This document shows, piece after piece, positions 51,393 to 64,000 of a stretch of 64,000 bases of DNA. The position numbers were made by a program, and so were the translations under genes. Position 1 is the stretch's first letter; every line of letters begins with the position of its first letter. The stretch comes from Ascidiella aspersa (taxonomy: Eukaryota): assembly GCA_963924565.1 (NCBI GenBank), contig OZ004612.1, forward strand, positions 5,704,001-5,768,000, written 5' to 3'. Below the pieces are notes generated by a model that was given only the letters and a program-made list of their open reading frames with translations, ran no database searches and was not told the DNA's origin.

Positions 51393-52300
51393 CCGGCCTT
51401 TTGGTGTCACATTCGTCCACTATGTTAATTGCGTATCTGGCTTGCCAACCCGGGACCTTTGTCACTAGTGCCAAGTCCAGTTCCTGTGCTACCAACAAAT
51501 GGTTTTCGTTTAAGTATTCGAAGATTTCGTCCAGTGCAGACGGCCCCTTTCTTCCCCTGATGATTTGATACACGTCGAAGAGAAATCGTGCAGTGTTGTC
51601 TAAAAGTAAAACAAAATTGTCCGATAAAAAATAAATCGATTGCCGCTTTTTCAAATAATGCTTTTCAAATTCGCAGCAGCGCTGCCAAGTCGAACTCGGG
51701 ACTCGACTAAGACGACGTAAGAATATCCGAGTCTCGTTTCGATGTGCGCACGCGCAGTACCAGTTCACAAATGCTAAAGCCGAAAGGTGAAACAGCATAG
51801 GGTTAAATATTTCCTTATCTCTATTTTTGGTAAATAGCTGGAATACAGGCTGGCTGTAGAGTCGAAGTCGAACTCTGCACTGTTTTATCATTATCCCGTG
51901 TCTTTGCGTTATGTATTTAATTCAACCACACGTGATAAATCTGTAGCAGTACAAAACTGACCCTTTTTATAGGTTTGTTGAGAAAAAGCACCACGCAGAT
52001 GCCTAAAGCCACAATTTAATGGGTTTAAAAAATTAAAGGAGAAATTTGGATAAAAAACAACAAATTGTTTGCTTAAGTTACCTTAATGATTCGCTCGATG
52101 TAAAAGTTTTAGTTTTGTTTTCGTCTATAAATGTAAATAAATTAATAGGAAAAAACAATTACGTTGGTGCTTCTTCTCCAAGTCTTCAAGGCGTGTTTGC
52201 GAAATGAGAAAGTTCACTGCTAGAGTGTGGACTTGTCCTGTCGTGAGTTGGACGCTTGGGTACTTTTCGATGTTTCTGAAAAATACTCCCGCTTCGTCCA
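51393..52300 (-). CDS. Death-domain-like exons (gene fragment or pseudogene): 52163..52300, about 51661..51773, 51393..51599
   Basis: ttgcag|TG...CAAC|gtaatt encodes DEAGVFFRNIEKYPSVQLTTGQVHTLAVNFLISQTRLEDLEKKHQ. Downstream, RIFLRRLSRVPSSTWQRCCEFEK and ttttag|DNTARFLFDVYQIIRGRKGPSALDEIFEYLNENHLLVAQEL resemble DD/CARD helices. The last two pieces lack canonical GT donors. Confidence 0.55.
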
Positions 52301-52954
52301 CTGCAAAAAGTTAGATAGCCCCATATTGGATTTTGCTAATGCGAGCGTGAGGCAAAATACCATATTACTAAGACCACCGACATAATAACACCAAATTCGC
52401 ATCAATGACCACGACAGAATAAGATCTAAAATATTCTAGATAAGACCTATAAACATGACGAATTAAGCTCCAAATTAATCAGAATAAGACAAAATTACAT
52501 CCAGGACTGTAGCGAAAGGGTATGGGATGATTGGGGGACACATGTTTGGCATTGGCTGTTTTTTTGCCTCTGTTTAGGCTCATAGGCGGTAGTTGGTGGT
52601 GTTAGCAATTGGGCATCGGGGAGTTGGTGTTAGTTATGGGTGGTGTTTGGGGTTACATAAAAGGTTGTATTGGCCTTTTTTTGGCCATTAAGTTATGATT
52701 CCGATTTCGTCATTTTTTCGCCTTATTCCTAAGTGTCTTTTATTCCGAAGTTGACGTTGTTCTTAGTTTGGTCTCAAGGCTGGAGTCTCTTTAAAGATAT
52801 GCAACTATAAACCTATATAATAAAAAATTGCAAGTAATTTAAGAGAAATAGAGGTACAACTCAAAAATATGGGGCTCGCTTCGCTCGAAATGTGGCAACG
52901 TTTCAAAATATTTCTAGGTGCGCCCCCAAGTCAAAAAGGTTAAGAAACACTGTT

Positions 52955-55900
52955 CTAATTGGTTGAGCTTCGAGAGCGACTAGGTCTTGTGATAGCCTCG
53001 CTTCGTGTAGCGCACGTGTTGATCAGAAATCACAATGGGGATGTCTGATATAGGTTATTGCATGGTGTTTTTAATATTTTTCCGAATTTCGGTATTTCCT
53101 TCACCAAATGCTAAAAACCCGCGCACTTAATTTTGTTATATTAACAAATAAGATGTTGAAAATGAATAAGGGATTTCAGAAACGTTCAAAATGCTACCTA
53201 TACCTTCGTGTAGGCTTTTATATCCTTACTACGTCTTACTACAACCTCCAACTATTTTGCTCCTAAATCTAAATTAAAACGGGAATCAGGAATTGGGACC
53301 AACCTTATTTGTTTGCCCAGCATGTTGTTGTTTATAACATTACTTAAAAAATTGTTCAGGCCAGTGACTCCAAACTTTTCTTTGCAGGCAAGACCTTTTA
53401 AAAATTGATTGGCATTTCACAGGCTTATGCTATTATGAAAAACACAATATTGTAACGGAGTTTAATGGAATGGGTGCACTTGCGCTTTGCCTTTAATTAA
53501 TTCACCTAGTGTGGGTTTGAGTATTTTACGAGAAGTAACTTTCTTTTGTACCCAAACTCGAAGCAACGCCACAGCCACAATTTGGAATCACTGTTTTAGG
53601 CGGAAATAATGCTGCACTGTCATGCTGGGAATACTCAGTTGTAGTTTTTCGAACATTATTTTTACGTTTTAAAGCCTAGCTTCATGCATACTGCCCAGGA
53701 CAAGTATTTTCTTTTGGACCTTACTTGTTCAACCCACTGGATATTGATAAAATACCCTATCAGGGACACGTGCGTAATGTGGCTATTTTATTAATTTGAT
53801 GACCATTTCAATGTTTAACTCAACCTTTTTGGAACCAAGAACGCTTTCCTCGAAATACTTAAACAAAGAGTTATTTGACGGTTGTACAAAAACATGTTCT
53901 CTTGATATTTTGTCACTTGTAGCCGGCTGTAGTCATGTTGCCAAAATACAGTATTTGTACTACTTCTTTTTTTAGTTGATGTTTGTAAATCGGTGTTCCA
54001 GTGGACATTGTTATCTGTAAAAATCAAAACGACAAATCAACCATTCAATATGCTTGAATGAATTGTACCGCCCCTCTTGACACGCCTTTTGTACCGCCCC
54101 TCTTGACACAATGATGTCACTCACCACGCACTGTTCAGTCGCGAACAGCGTGAGCCTTGGACCTTGCGAATGTCGAGTTAATAACCGGAACTATAAGTCT
54201 TTCGCAACCAAAGTTCGATTCAATGGACATAATTTTATGTTACTTTTGTTTGTTTAGGTTTTAGGCGTATTGCGAAGTCTTTTGGTGTGACCTAGGTCCA
54301 AGGTAGGTGATGTGGAAAGTGTATATTAGGACAAAAGGTGCACGTTACCATATAAATTTAGGTGGAAAAAGGTTGTTGCCCATTGCTATACAAACTTAAA
54401 AAAACCAACAACATATAACTGTACCATCATGTGTCTGTTTTAAACCAATTCGATTTTTGACAATACACTCGTACATTAAAATCGGGCCCTTTTGCTTTTG
54501 TTTTATTACTAAGTTGCTTAATGTGTCAGGGTTTACCTGACCACCGATCCGGCACTGTTCGTGATTTTTGTTATAAATTTGTTTCAATGCCCAATTTTCT
54601 CTGTCGTAACGAACTAAATATGACATTCCATAAAATGTGCAGTTGTGAACTTCGCTCGATTTGTTCTGCTATTCGTCAAGCGTTTTGTACAGAGCGTAGT
54701 GCGTAGTACCTTTATGCGATCAGCATGTGGCTTATGAATGCCTACAACCTTTACCACGCCCCCTTTTTCGTCCAATGGTTGACAAGCAAGAACATTCCTG
54801 TTCATGTATTTTTGATTACTTGATACTTTTCCAAGCTATTCTTCTTTCGATTTTAATAAACATTTCGGTTGTTAAGCTCATCTACGTCATAACTGGTGAC
54901 CTAGAGGCGTTCCATGATGTCACAGAGACACAGACCATCTGATTCCGGCGCTACCAATGTGAGCGTTGCCCTTGGCAACATCGAAAAAGAGGAACTCTAA
55001 TGTGTTGACTTTCGCAACGACAGATTACATCGCGCTTTATTATTCATACTTTGCATTTGTGTTACGTTTGTTTTGTAGGCGGTATTATTGCTATGTCATG
55101 CCGATGCCATGTTGCGTAACTGCTTGGCATGTATAAATAGTTTACTGGACAAAAGGGCGTTACACTTTTGTTCGGTTAAAATTTTGACTGGTCAAATGTG
55201 GCGAAACTTGGAAGAAAACTGCTAAAAAAGGCGCACTGTCTTTTTTAATTGATGGTATGCAGTAAAATCGAAAAAAAAGTGTCGAACTATACGACATTTT
55301 GTTTTGAACGACATTGCGCGGCAATTTATTTTGCATTTTTTAACGATGCTATTTTATATGAAAGTTGTTTTTTGCCTCTTTTATTCCTTTTCCTGTGCCG
55401 TAAAGTTGCCCATGTGAGTATAGTACGGAAAACAACACGCTTGCTTTATTTTACCTCGTTTTGGTGTCGTAAACCCTTGAACTCTTTATGACACACCTCC
55501 AAACCGCCTATAGGTGTACTAGTCGTGTGTTGTTTTCGTCTGGTCTAGGCACGTGTTGCTCTTGTACTTTGATGCGTATCGTTAAGGTTGTAGTAGCGAC
55601 ATAACAAACGGCAGACACGCTCTTTAAAACATGACTTTTGTTATCAGTGTTATGTTGTTGTTGGGAATCGGTGTTTAGCAACCATTTCGGCGTTACATTT
55701 GTAAACCACTGTTGTTCCCATAACAATAAATAATCCTAGTTGCCTTTCTGTTACTCTTAACTGATGAAGCACGGTTGGCGAAAGCTGGTCAACAGTGAAA
55801 TACAATTTGTTGATAGTGCCACATGTTTTTAGTTTACAAGTAATTAAATTTGCTTGAACAAAATGAGCCACCCGAGCACACCCCTAAATAAACCGACCAA

Positions 55901-57940
55901 CCACAAGTGACGAACTAGTTACAACATGGCTTAATAGTATGATTGTCCAGAGTGTCCAGAACTTGCGACACCATCCAACTGTCAAAAATAAACAGCAGTG
56001 ACTTGCACATTTGCTCTCACGAAAGTGGAGACATTTCAGATTTCGCCATGTTTAATGACGTCGTTCCTGACGTTGTGTACACGCTGGATGATGTCACACA
56101 CAACGTACGGTTCACTCGCGAACAGCGTGCGCCTTGGACCTTCGAAATTATAACAGGAACTATAGGTCTTTCGCAATAACAGCTGAATTTGCTTAACCGG
56201 TCATTTTTGTAGATGTTGTATGGATGTTTCTTTGTTAAGTCGTCCCACACACTTATGTGCTGGACCTTACGAAAACGTTTTGCTGGTTCATACTTTTCAC
56301 TTAAATAAAAGCAGCCTTCCACTGTATAACCACTATCTTAAGCATATACAATAATTTCAATTGCGGCACAGACATTGGTTTTCCTCGTTGTTGAAACCTC
56401 GCTGTAAGTACAACACCGTCGGCGAATTAATTATTTGGAATATGTTTGATTGACATCTTGAGCACTAAAGTACTAAACACACATTACCCAACTATATATT
56501 TACGTTTTGTAGGACATGTGTCTTGGCTGTTCAGTTAACTTGATAAACTGTTTAAACGCATAAAAATCGATACAGTTCTGCAAAATTAAATTTACTTTTG
56601 AACTTAAACAAACTCATGCCAAGGTTTTCTCAAACCTGGAAAGGTTCGTATGTGATGTTGTCGGTTTTAGAGAAAAATTTGATGTTTCGCCATACTTTGA
56701 ATTTCGAGTAGCAACCCAAAAATCTTCCATGACGTCATATAACACGCTTGAATGATTTTTGTACCCGTCGTCGTAGTGACACACCTCAAACCCACCCGAC
56801 TAACCTACTAATCACGAACGGTCATGGAACGCCCTTGCCACACACCACCTAACCGACCAATCAGCATCGGCCATCGGGATATGGTTTGGACTTTAGTCGC
56901 ACCGAATGGGGAACTAGTTTAAATCCACTGTTGGAATCCTTTTGTTTAGTAAAAATTGCGAAATGATGCCGCCCAGACTAGGGTTTGGAATATGTGTAAA
57001 GGTGAGCCGTTTCAACGAATTTCTAAGTATCTAACACTGCAACAATTAATTATTAAATGTGTGTGAAGAAATATCACTTTGACGTAACTTTCGTATTTTT
57101 AGCGAATGGTCTTCAGCGTTATTCATTGAACATTGTAATGACGTAAAACTCCATAAAAATGCCCAACATCAAACACTTGCTACATTTTCAAACTCATCTC
57201 GTCAGCTATTGTCATGCTGTCCGATTAATGTGACGCAGAGTGCCAATCATTTTGTCCCACCTCTGTCCTAGACATATGCGTTGTAATACGTAATGTAAGA
57301 ATTTGCCCAAAAGCTATTTTTTGAACCACTGTTTGCCTGTGTGCAATTTGAAACCTTCATCCGAACAGTGATGCACGGCAACTGTATCAATGAACATCTC
57401 GCGTTTCGTTACAGACCACTGACCAAAACTACTGAGCAATCCACAAAAATAAAAAAAGTGTTGGTTACATTCGAATGGACAAATTAAATTTTTATTTAGT
57501 GAAGAACTGCCTGCATGACTACATTTTTTCAGCCATGTTTTTCATTTTAAAATAGTAACAACGCCACTAAATTCTCCCAAGCACAGACTTCTTTTGTTTA
57601 TTTTTTAAATAGGTCAAATACGAACAAGTAGAAATAAAGTGTAAGCGGAATAGGTAGAAGCATGGGAATAAATATAAAAGCTTAAACAAAAAGCTGTAAT
57701 AAAGAAAAGGACAATATCAAGTATCATCTCGAAGGAGCATTCGTCAAATTTCTTTCACCATTTGTCGCCTTTGGCGTAGCTGTAAGTGTTACGATGCCAT
57801 GAAAATGCTTTTGAAAACGCCCCTTTTGGCAACGCCCCTTTGTTCACCAATGACAACCAGCGAGGCGGTTTTGGACTTTGGCTATAGGAAGTGAGTCACC
57901 GGTTGTAAAGTAAGAAAAAACTTAAAGCCAAAGTGAAGGA
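52955..57940 (+). repeat. Older diverged paralogous block of the same array
   Basis: 52955-54050 aligns to 47451-48620; 54186-55860 aligns to 44929-46500; 55850-57940 aligns to 48620-50890. Confidence 0.9.
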
Positions 57941-57945
57941 AGCAT

Positions 57946-60900
57946 ACAACGTTGTGCGGTAATTTATTTTCCATTTTTTAACGATCCTATTTTATATGAA
58001 AGTTGATATTTGACTTTTTTATGCCTTGCCTTGTGTCGTAAAGTGGCCATGTGACTATAGTAGGAAAAACAACACGCCTGCTTTCTTTTCCCTCGTTTTG
58101 GTGTCGTAAACCCTGGAACTCTTTATGACACCCTCCAAATCGTCTAGTCTAGGCACGTGTTGCGCTTGTAAAATACTTTAATGCGTAAGGTCGTAGTAGT
58201 AACGAACAATAGGCAGGCACGCTTTTTGAAACATGACTTTTGTTATCAATGTTATGTTGTTGTTTGGGAATCGGTGTTTGGCAACCATTTTGGCGTTACA
58301 ATATGTAAACCACTGCTGTTCCCGTAACAACAACTAATCTTAGGTGATTTTTTTTTGAAGCACGGTTGTGCAAAAGCTCGTCAACAGCGAAATGCGACTT
58401 GTCAAACGTGTCACATGTTTTTAGCTTACAAATAATTAAATTGGCTTGAATGAATTGATCCACCCCTCGTGACACACCCCTAAATAAACCGACCAACCAC
58501 AAGTCAGAAACTATTTACAACTGGTGTAACTTTAATATTATACTTCTCCGAGTACCCTGGAGTCCTGGACTTGCGCCGCCATCCAACTGCTAAAAATACA
58601 CAGTAGTGACTGTTGCACATTTGTTTTCACAATAGTAAAAACCGTTCAGATATCGCCATGTTTAATGACGTCATTCCTGACGTTGTGCACACGTTGGGTG
58701 ATGTCACACACCACGCAGTGTGCAGTCGCGAACAGCGTGCGCCACGGACCTTGCAAATGTAGGATTAATAACAGGAACTATAGGTATTTCGCAATAACAT
58801 CCATATTTGATACTGTGGTATTTTTGTAGATGTTTTACGTAAGACGGCCACAACATTTTTGTGGTGGGCCTTACACAAAACAAATGCTAACCAACACACC
58901 TTGTTTAATTATAAACCTTACTTCATAGGTGTTCTAAATTGTTAAAACAAAATTAATGTTTTTCTGCAAAAAACATGAGGAATCTATTATAGGAAGATAA
59001 TTGATTGACATGCTGCGTAAAAATGTTCCAAATGCATAGTAACCAATTGCACTTATGTTTTAAAGGACATATGTCTTGCTTGACATTTAATGAGCTTAGT
59101 AAACTGTTTTTAGGCACACAAACCCACCCAGTTATGTACAATTAGGTTTAACTTGTTTTAAATGAATATAAATAAACTTGTGCCAAGAATTCATAAACCC
59201 TGGAAACACCGCCACACGAATCTTTCCGTTTGTTTATTTATTTATTATTGTTAGATTTTTTTGGTTGTTGCGCCATATTTCAACTTACAGCCCCAGCATT
59301 AAAAGCGGCACGGGCGTCACAAAACACGCTTGAATGACTTAGAGAACAGCCCCCGACACGCCAAAACAACCGACCAATCAGAGCAAGGTACTAGAGTTTG
59401 CCATCTTCTAATTGGTTGAGCTTCGAGAGCGACTAGGTCTTGTGATAGCCTCGCTTCGGTGTAGCGCACGTCTTGATCAGAAATCACAATGGAGATGTCT
59501 GGTATTTCTTTTACCAAGAAACCTGCGCACTTAACCTTGTTAAATTGACAAATAAGATGATGAAAATGAATTAAAAGATACCCGAACCGTTCAAAATGCT
59601 ACCTACTTCTGTGTGGGCTTTTTGGCCTGTCTACGTCTAACTTCAACCTCCAGCAATTATCTTAAGATTTATCCGAAACGTTCAAAATGGTACCTACTTC
59701 TGCTGTGTGGGTTCGATATTCTTACAAACCTCCAACCATTTTGCTTTTAAATCTAAATTAAAACGGGAATCAGGAATCAGGACTAATACCAACCTGATTT
59801 TTTGCCCAGTATATTGTTGTTTATAACATTACGTAAAAAATTGTTCAGGCCAGTGATTTCAAACTTTTGTTTGCAGGAAAGACCTCTTAAAAATTGATGG
59901 GTGGATTACAGGCCTATGCTATTGTAAAAAATACAATATTGTAACGGAGTTTAATGGAATGGGTGCACTTGATTTGCCTTTGATCAATCAACCTAGTGTG
60001 GGTTTGAGTATTTAACGAGAAGTAACTTTCTTTTGCACCCAAACTCAAAGCAACGCCACAGCCACACTTTGGAACCACAGGTTTAGGAGAAAAGACTACT
60101 GCACTGTCATGCAGGAAAATCTCAGTTGTACTTTTCCAGAAGACCTTAACTTTTTTTTATTTTGTAAAGTCTAGCTTTATGCATGTTGCCCAGGACAAGT
60201 ATTTTCTTTGGGATCTTCCTTGTTCAACCAATTAGATATTGGTAAAATACACTTTTAGGGACACGTGCCTTACGTGGCCATTTTATTAACTTAATTTTTG
60301 TTACAGGTTTAACGCAACCTTTTTTTGAACCACAAACGCTTACCTCGAAATACTTAAAGCTTAGTTTAAACGTCTATAAAAAAGAGATATTTTACGCTTG
60401 GACAAAGCAACATTCTCTTTTGATATTTTGCCGCTTGTAGACGGCTATAGTCATACGGTATTTGTGTTGCTGCTTTTTTTAGTTGCTGTTCGTAATTCGG
60501 TGTTCCAGTGGAAAGCAACCGTTTGTAGTCTGTAAAAAAAAAAAAACGACATCACAAATCATTCAATATGCTTGGATGAATTGGGCCGCCCCTCTTGACA
60601 CGCCCCTAAACAAACCGACCAACCACAAGTCAGAAACTATTTACAACCAGTTGTATTGGTTTGGTACGCTCAAGAGTCATTTGGACTTCGCCATATTTCC
60701 CACACTCACAAAACCATCTGCTAAACATAAATAGTAGTGACTTGCCAATTTGCTCACACAATAGTGGTTTAGATTTCGCCATGTTTAATGACGTCGTTCC
60801 TTACGCTGTGCACACGCTGGGTGATGTCACACACCACTTACTGTTCAGTCGCGAACAGCGTGTGCCTTGGACCTATGGAATATCAAGTTAAAACAGGAAC

Positions 60901-63414
60901 TATAGCTGTTTCGCAGTAGCTGAAATTTGCCTGCACGGTCATTTTTGTAGACCTGTATGGATGTTTTTTTAATGTCGGCCACATAATTATGTGGTGGGTG
61001 TTTTTTTCCTTACGAAAACGTTTTGCTGGTTAATACATCTTACTTAATGCTCTGTGTAACCATTTCCTTGAGAATATAAAGTAAATTCAATTGCGGCACG
61101 GACAAAGCGTTTTCCTCGTTGTTGAAAACTTGCTTTAAGTACAACACCGTCGGCGAATCAATTATTTGAAATATGTTTGATTGGCATGTTGAGCAAAAAA
61201 TTACGAAACACACATTACCCAACTATATATTTACGTTTTGTAGAACATGTACTGGGCTTTCCAGTTAACTTGATAAACCGTTTTCACGCTTAAAAAACGA
61301 TACAGCTTGGCCAAATTAAATTGTTCTTTTTACCTGAATTTAATTAAATCATGCGAAGGTTTCATGACACCTAGAAACGTTCACATTTGATGTTGTCGGT
61401 TTTGGGGGAGAAATTTGATGTTTCGCCATACTTGAAATTAGAGTCGCAACCCTAAAATCTTCTATGACGTCATATAACACGCTCGAATGACGTTCATACC
61501 CATACTTGCTGTAACACACCTCCAACACACCCAACTAACCAACCAACCACATTTGTCAGCTGCTTCTTGATGGTTAGGCCTTAACAACCATTGTTGTCAC
61601 ATTGGGAACACCCCTTGCCACACATTACCTAACCGACCAATCCGCATGGAGTATGGTTTGGACTTTAGTCGGCGCCGAAGAGGGAACTAGGTTAAATTTA
61701 TCGCTGGAACGTGGAAAGTTTTATCGTCGGAGTTATTTTGTTTAGTAAATAATGCGAAGTCATGCGTCCTATAGACCAGGGATGGGGAATCTGTGGCCCA
61801 CTTTGTTTTCAGGGTGGCCCGTGCTAAAGTAATTTTTTAAGGTTTCCAGGACAGTAACAATTACTATATGTGTGTGAACAAATATTACTTTATGCAAATT
61901 TTGACGAATGAATTCAACCTTCCGTATTTAATATTGACGTCAATATCCATTGACGTCAATATCCATAAAATTGCCTAACATTAAACACTTGCTATATTAC
62001 CGTGTAAAAGTGTTTCTAAAGTGTCCAACGCAGCAACAATTAATAAATGTGTACGAACAAATATTGCTTTGAGTTGACATGCTTTTTTGACGGATTGTCT
62101 TAAGCCTTCCTCATTAAACATTATAATGACTTTTGCCAAACACATACTATATTTTCGAACTCATGTAGCTGGCTATAGTCATGTTGTGCAATTCATTATA
62201 TGCACATAGTACCAAGTGTCCTAGCTAGACCAATGCATTGTAACTTGTAACACGTAATGTGTTATAACCTGCCATAAACATTACTTTGAAGCACTGTTTG
62301 CTTGTTTAAAAAGTTAGAAACATTGTTATGCCATGCGGATAGTGTTACATCGCAACTGAACCGTTGGACATTTTGCGTTTCGAAACAGAGAATTAACTAA
62401 ATGTACTCAGCACATCAAAAAAAAGAAAAAAAAGGTTTGGTGAACCCGATTGGGCAAATCAAATATTTTTTTTAAAGTAGAGTGCCTAAATGGCATACTT
62501 TTTCAGCTTACTTTCAATGTGTTGCTATTGACAACGCCACTAAATTTCACAAGCACAGGCTTCTGGTGTTTATTTTTTAAAAGAGCAAACACGAAACAGT
62601 AGAAATAAAGTGTAAGCGGAATAAGCAGAAGCATCGGAATAAATATAAAAGCTTAAATATAATGCTCCAATAAAGAAAAGGACAATATCCAGTATTGTGT
62701 CGGAAGAGCATTCGTCAAACTGGTTTCACCATTTTTCGCCTTTTACATGACAAAGAAGTGGTGAGCTGCAAGTGATACGATGCCAGGATATTGTTGTGAT
62801 AACGCCCCTTTTCGTAACGCTCCTTGTCACAACGCCCCTTTTGCCACCAATGACAAGCAGCGAGGCACTTTGGACTTTGGCAATAGGAAGTGAGTCACAG
62901 GTTGTTGCGTAAGAAAAAAGCGCCGAAAGTGAGGGGTAGTGTCGTAAAGTTTGATCTATCTAAACAAACCCCGTAAACTATATGACAGCAAAACGTTATA
63001 AGAATATCAAGCCCCATACAGAAGTAGGTATCATTTTGAACGTTTCGAATACCTCTCCTTTATTCATTGTCAACATAGTGAGAAGGCACTGATTGAAAGT
63101 GTATATATACTGCTGAGACAGACGTCAGAAAGAAGGAAACAAACAAAGAGTTATTCACAACGTTCAAAATGACACCTACTTCAGTATGGGCTTTGATATT
63201 CTTATTACGTCTTACTACAACCTTTAAACAATATGCTCCAAAGTATATGAAAGCAAAAAGTAGCAACATAATAAATACGCGAGCAATGTGTGTTATCGAA
63301 GTTGTCGATTCGGAATGCACGATACAGGGTTGGCACCGCGACGAAAAGGCCTTTGTGGTTAAACAGTAATCCTCTTTCAGTAGAACTGTATTATTCAACT
63401 AGGCACGTATAGTA
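57946..63414 (+). repeat. Recent segmental duplicate, copy 2
   Basis: Begins acaacgttgtgcggtaattt and ends aggcacgtatagta, as copy 1 does. Confidence 0.95.
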
Positions 63415-64000
63415 ATAAACAGCAGTCGGATTGAGGAAGACCTCGGTGATAAATAAAAAAAGGAAAAACACAAAGAACATTGCAGTGTGGCCGCAAGTAG
63501 CCGGTTTATTAATTTTGACACGTGATACCGTGCAGACATAGCAGGAAAAAGCATCAAAGGTCACAATAGTTTACAGTCTTGTGAAAAACGCGTATTTACA
63601 CCGCCGGCCGTCTTGCGGTGAATTGCCAAGTCTGAATTATGCTGTTCAAATACTTCTGCAACGAACAAAACACTTCGGCCACGCCTCATTCTGCGTGTAC
63701 AGCTTCATTATCAGCGTTCGCGACAAGATGTGTATATGAATATGTAAACCAACAATGCCATACAATACAGCACCAACGTTGCGAAACAAACCTTCTGAAT
63801 TTGTTTTTTGTTTGGATGGCAAACCAATGCGTACGAACAGCGTACAACTTTGTTATCGTAAAGGCAAGAGTGAATCGTATATTTACTGGACGGTTAATGT
63901 TTGTTCGCAGCACCGACGTTAATAACATACCGAACCATAGAAGCCATACGGTACGTTTTTCCACACATTCCTCTTCTCGCCTTGGTTGATTGGTCGCGAG

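Noticed and set aside
57083-57120. Minus-strand CTGAAGA...GAAAG hammerhead-like spacing
   Set aside because: Stem II cannot pair and the core is not retained in paralogous copies
63639-63989. ORFs on both strands at the window end
   Set aside because: No homology recognised, no splice context, and they lie at the window edge

Overview
AT-rich, intron-containing animal genomic DNA. An invertebrate chordate such as an ascidian is inferred from the vertebrate-like spinster intron positions, many TGACGTCA motifs and short AT-rich introns; this is not proven. Positions 1-35 kb hold a + strand spinster-family (SPNS1-like) MFS transporter gene. Eleven frame-consistent GT-AG coding exons span 5105-33311, the N-terminal/TM1 exon lies upstream of the window, and one intron is 16 kb. 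There is also an unannotated alternative terminal exon (31603-31685), and both C-termini end in ESVV. Its introns carry several minimal type I hammerhead ribozyme motifs of the Penelope/retrozyme kind (two sense copies flank one exon), DNA-transposon MITEs with target-site duplications, and promoter-like islands including a perfect CLEAR box. At 39.8-43.4 kb and 51.4-52.3 kb are small-exon, minus-strand coding pieces that resemble death-fold (DED/DD/CARD) domains. Positions 44.9-63.4 kb form a hierarchical non-coding duplication array: old 1-2 kb units sharing promoter-type motifs, plus a near-identical 5.4 kb duplicate. No rRNA, tRNA or CRISPR was seen. Most ORF-track entries appear spurious.
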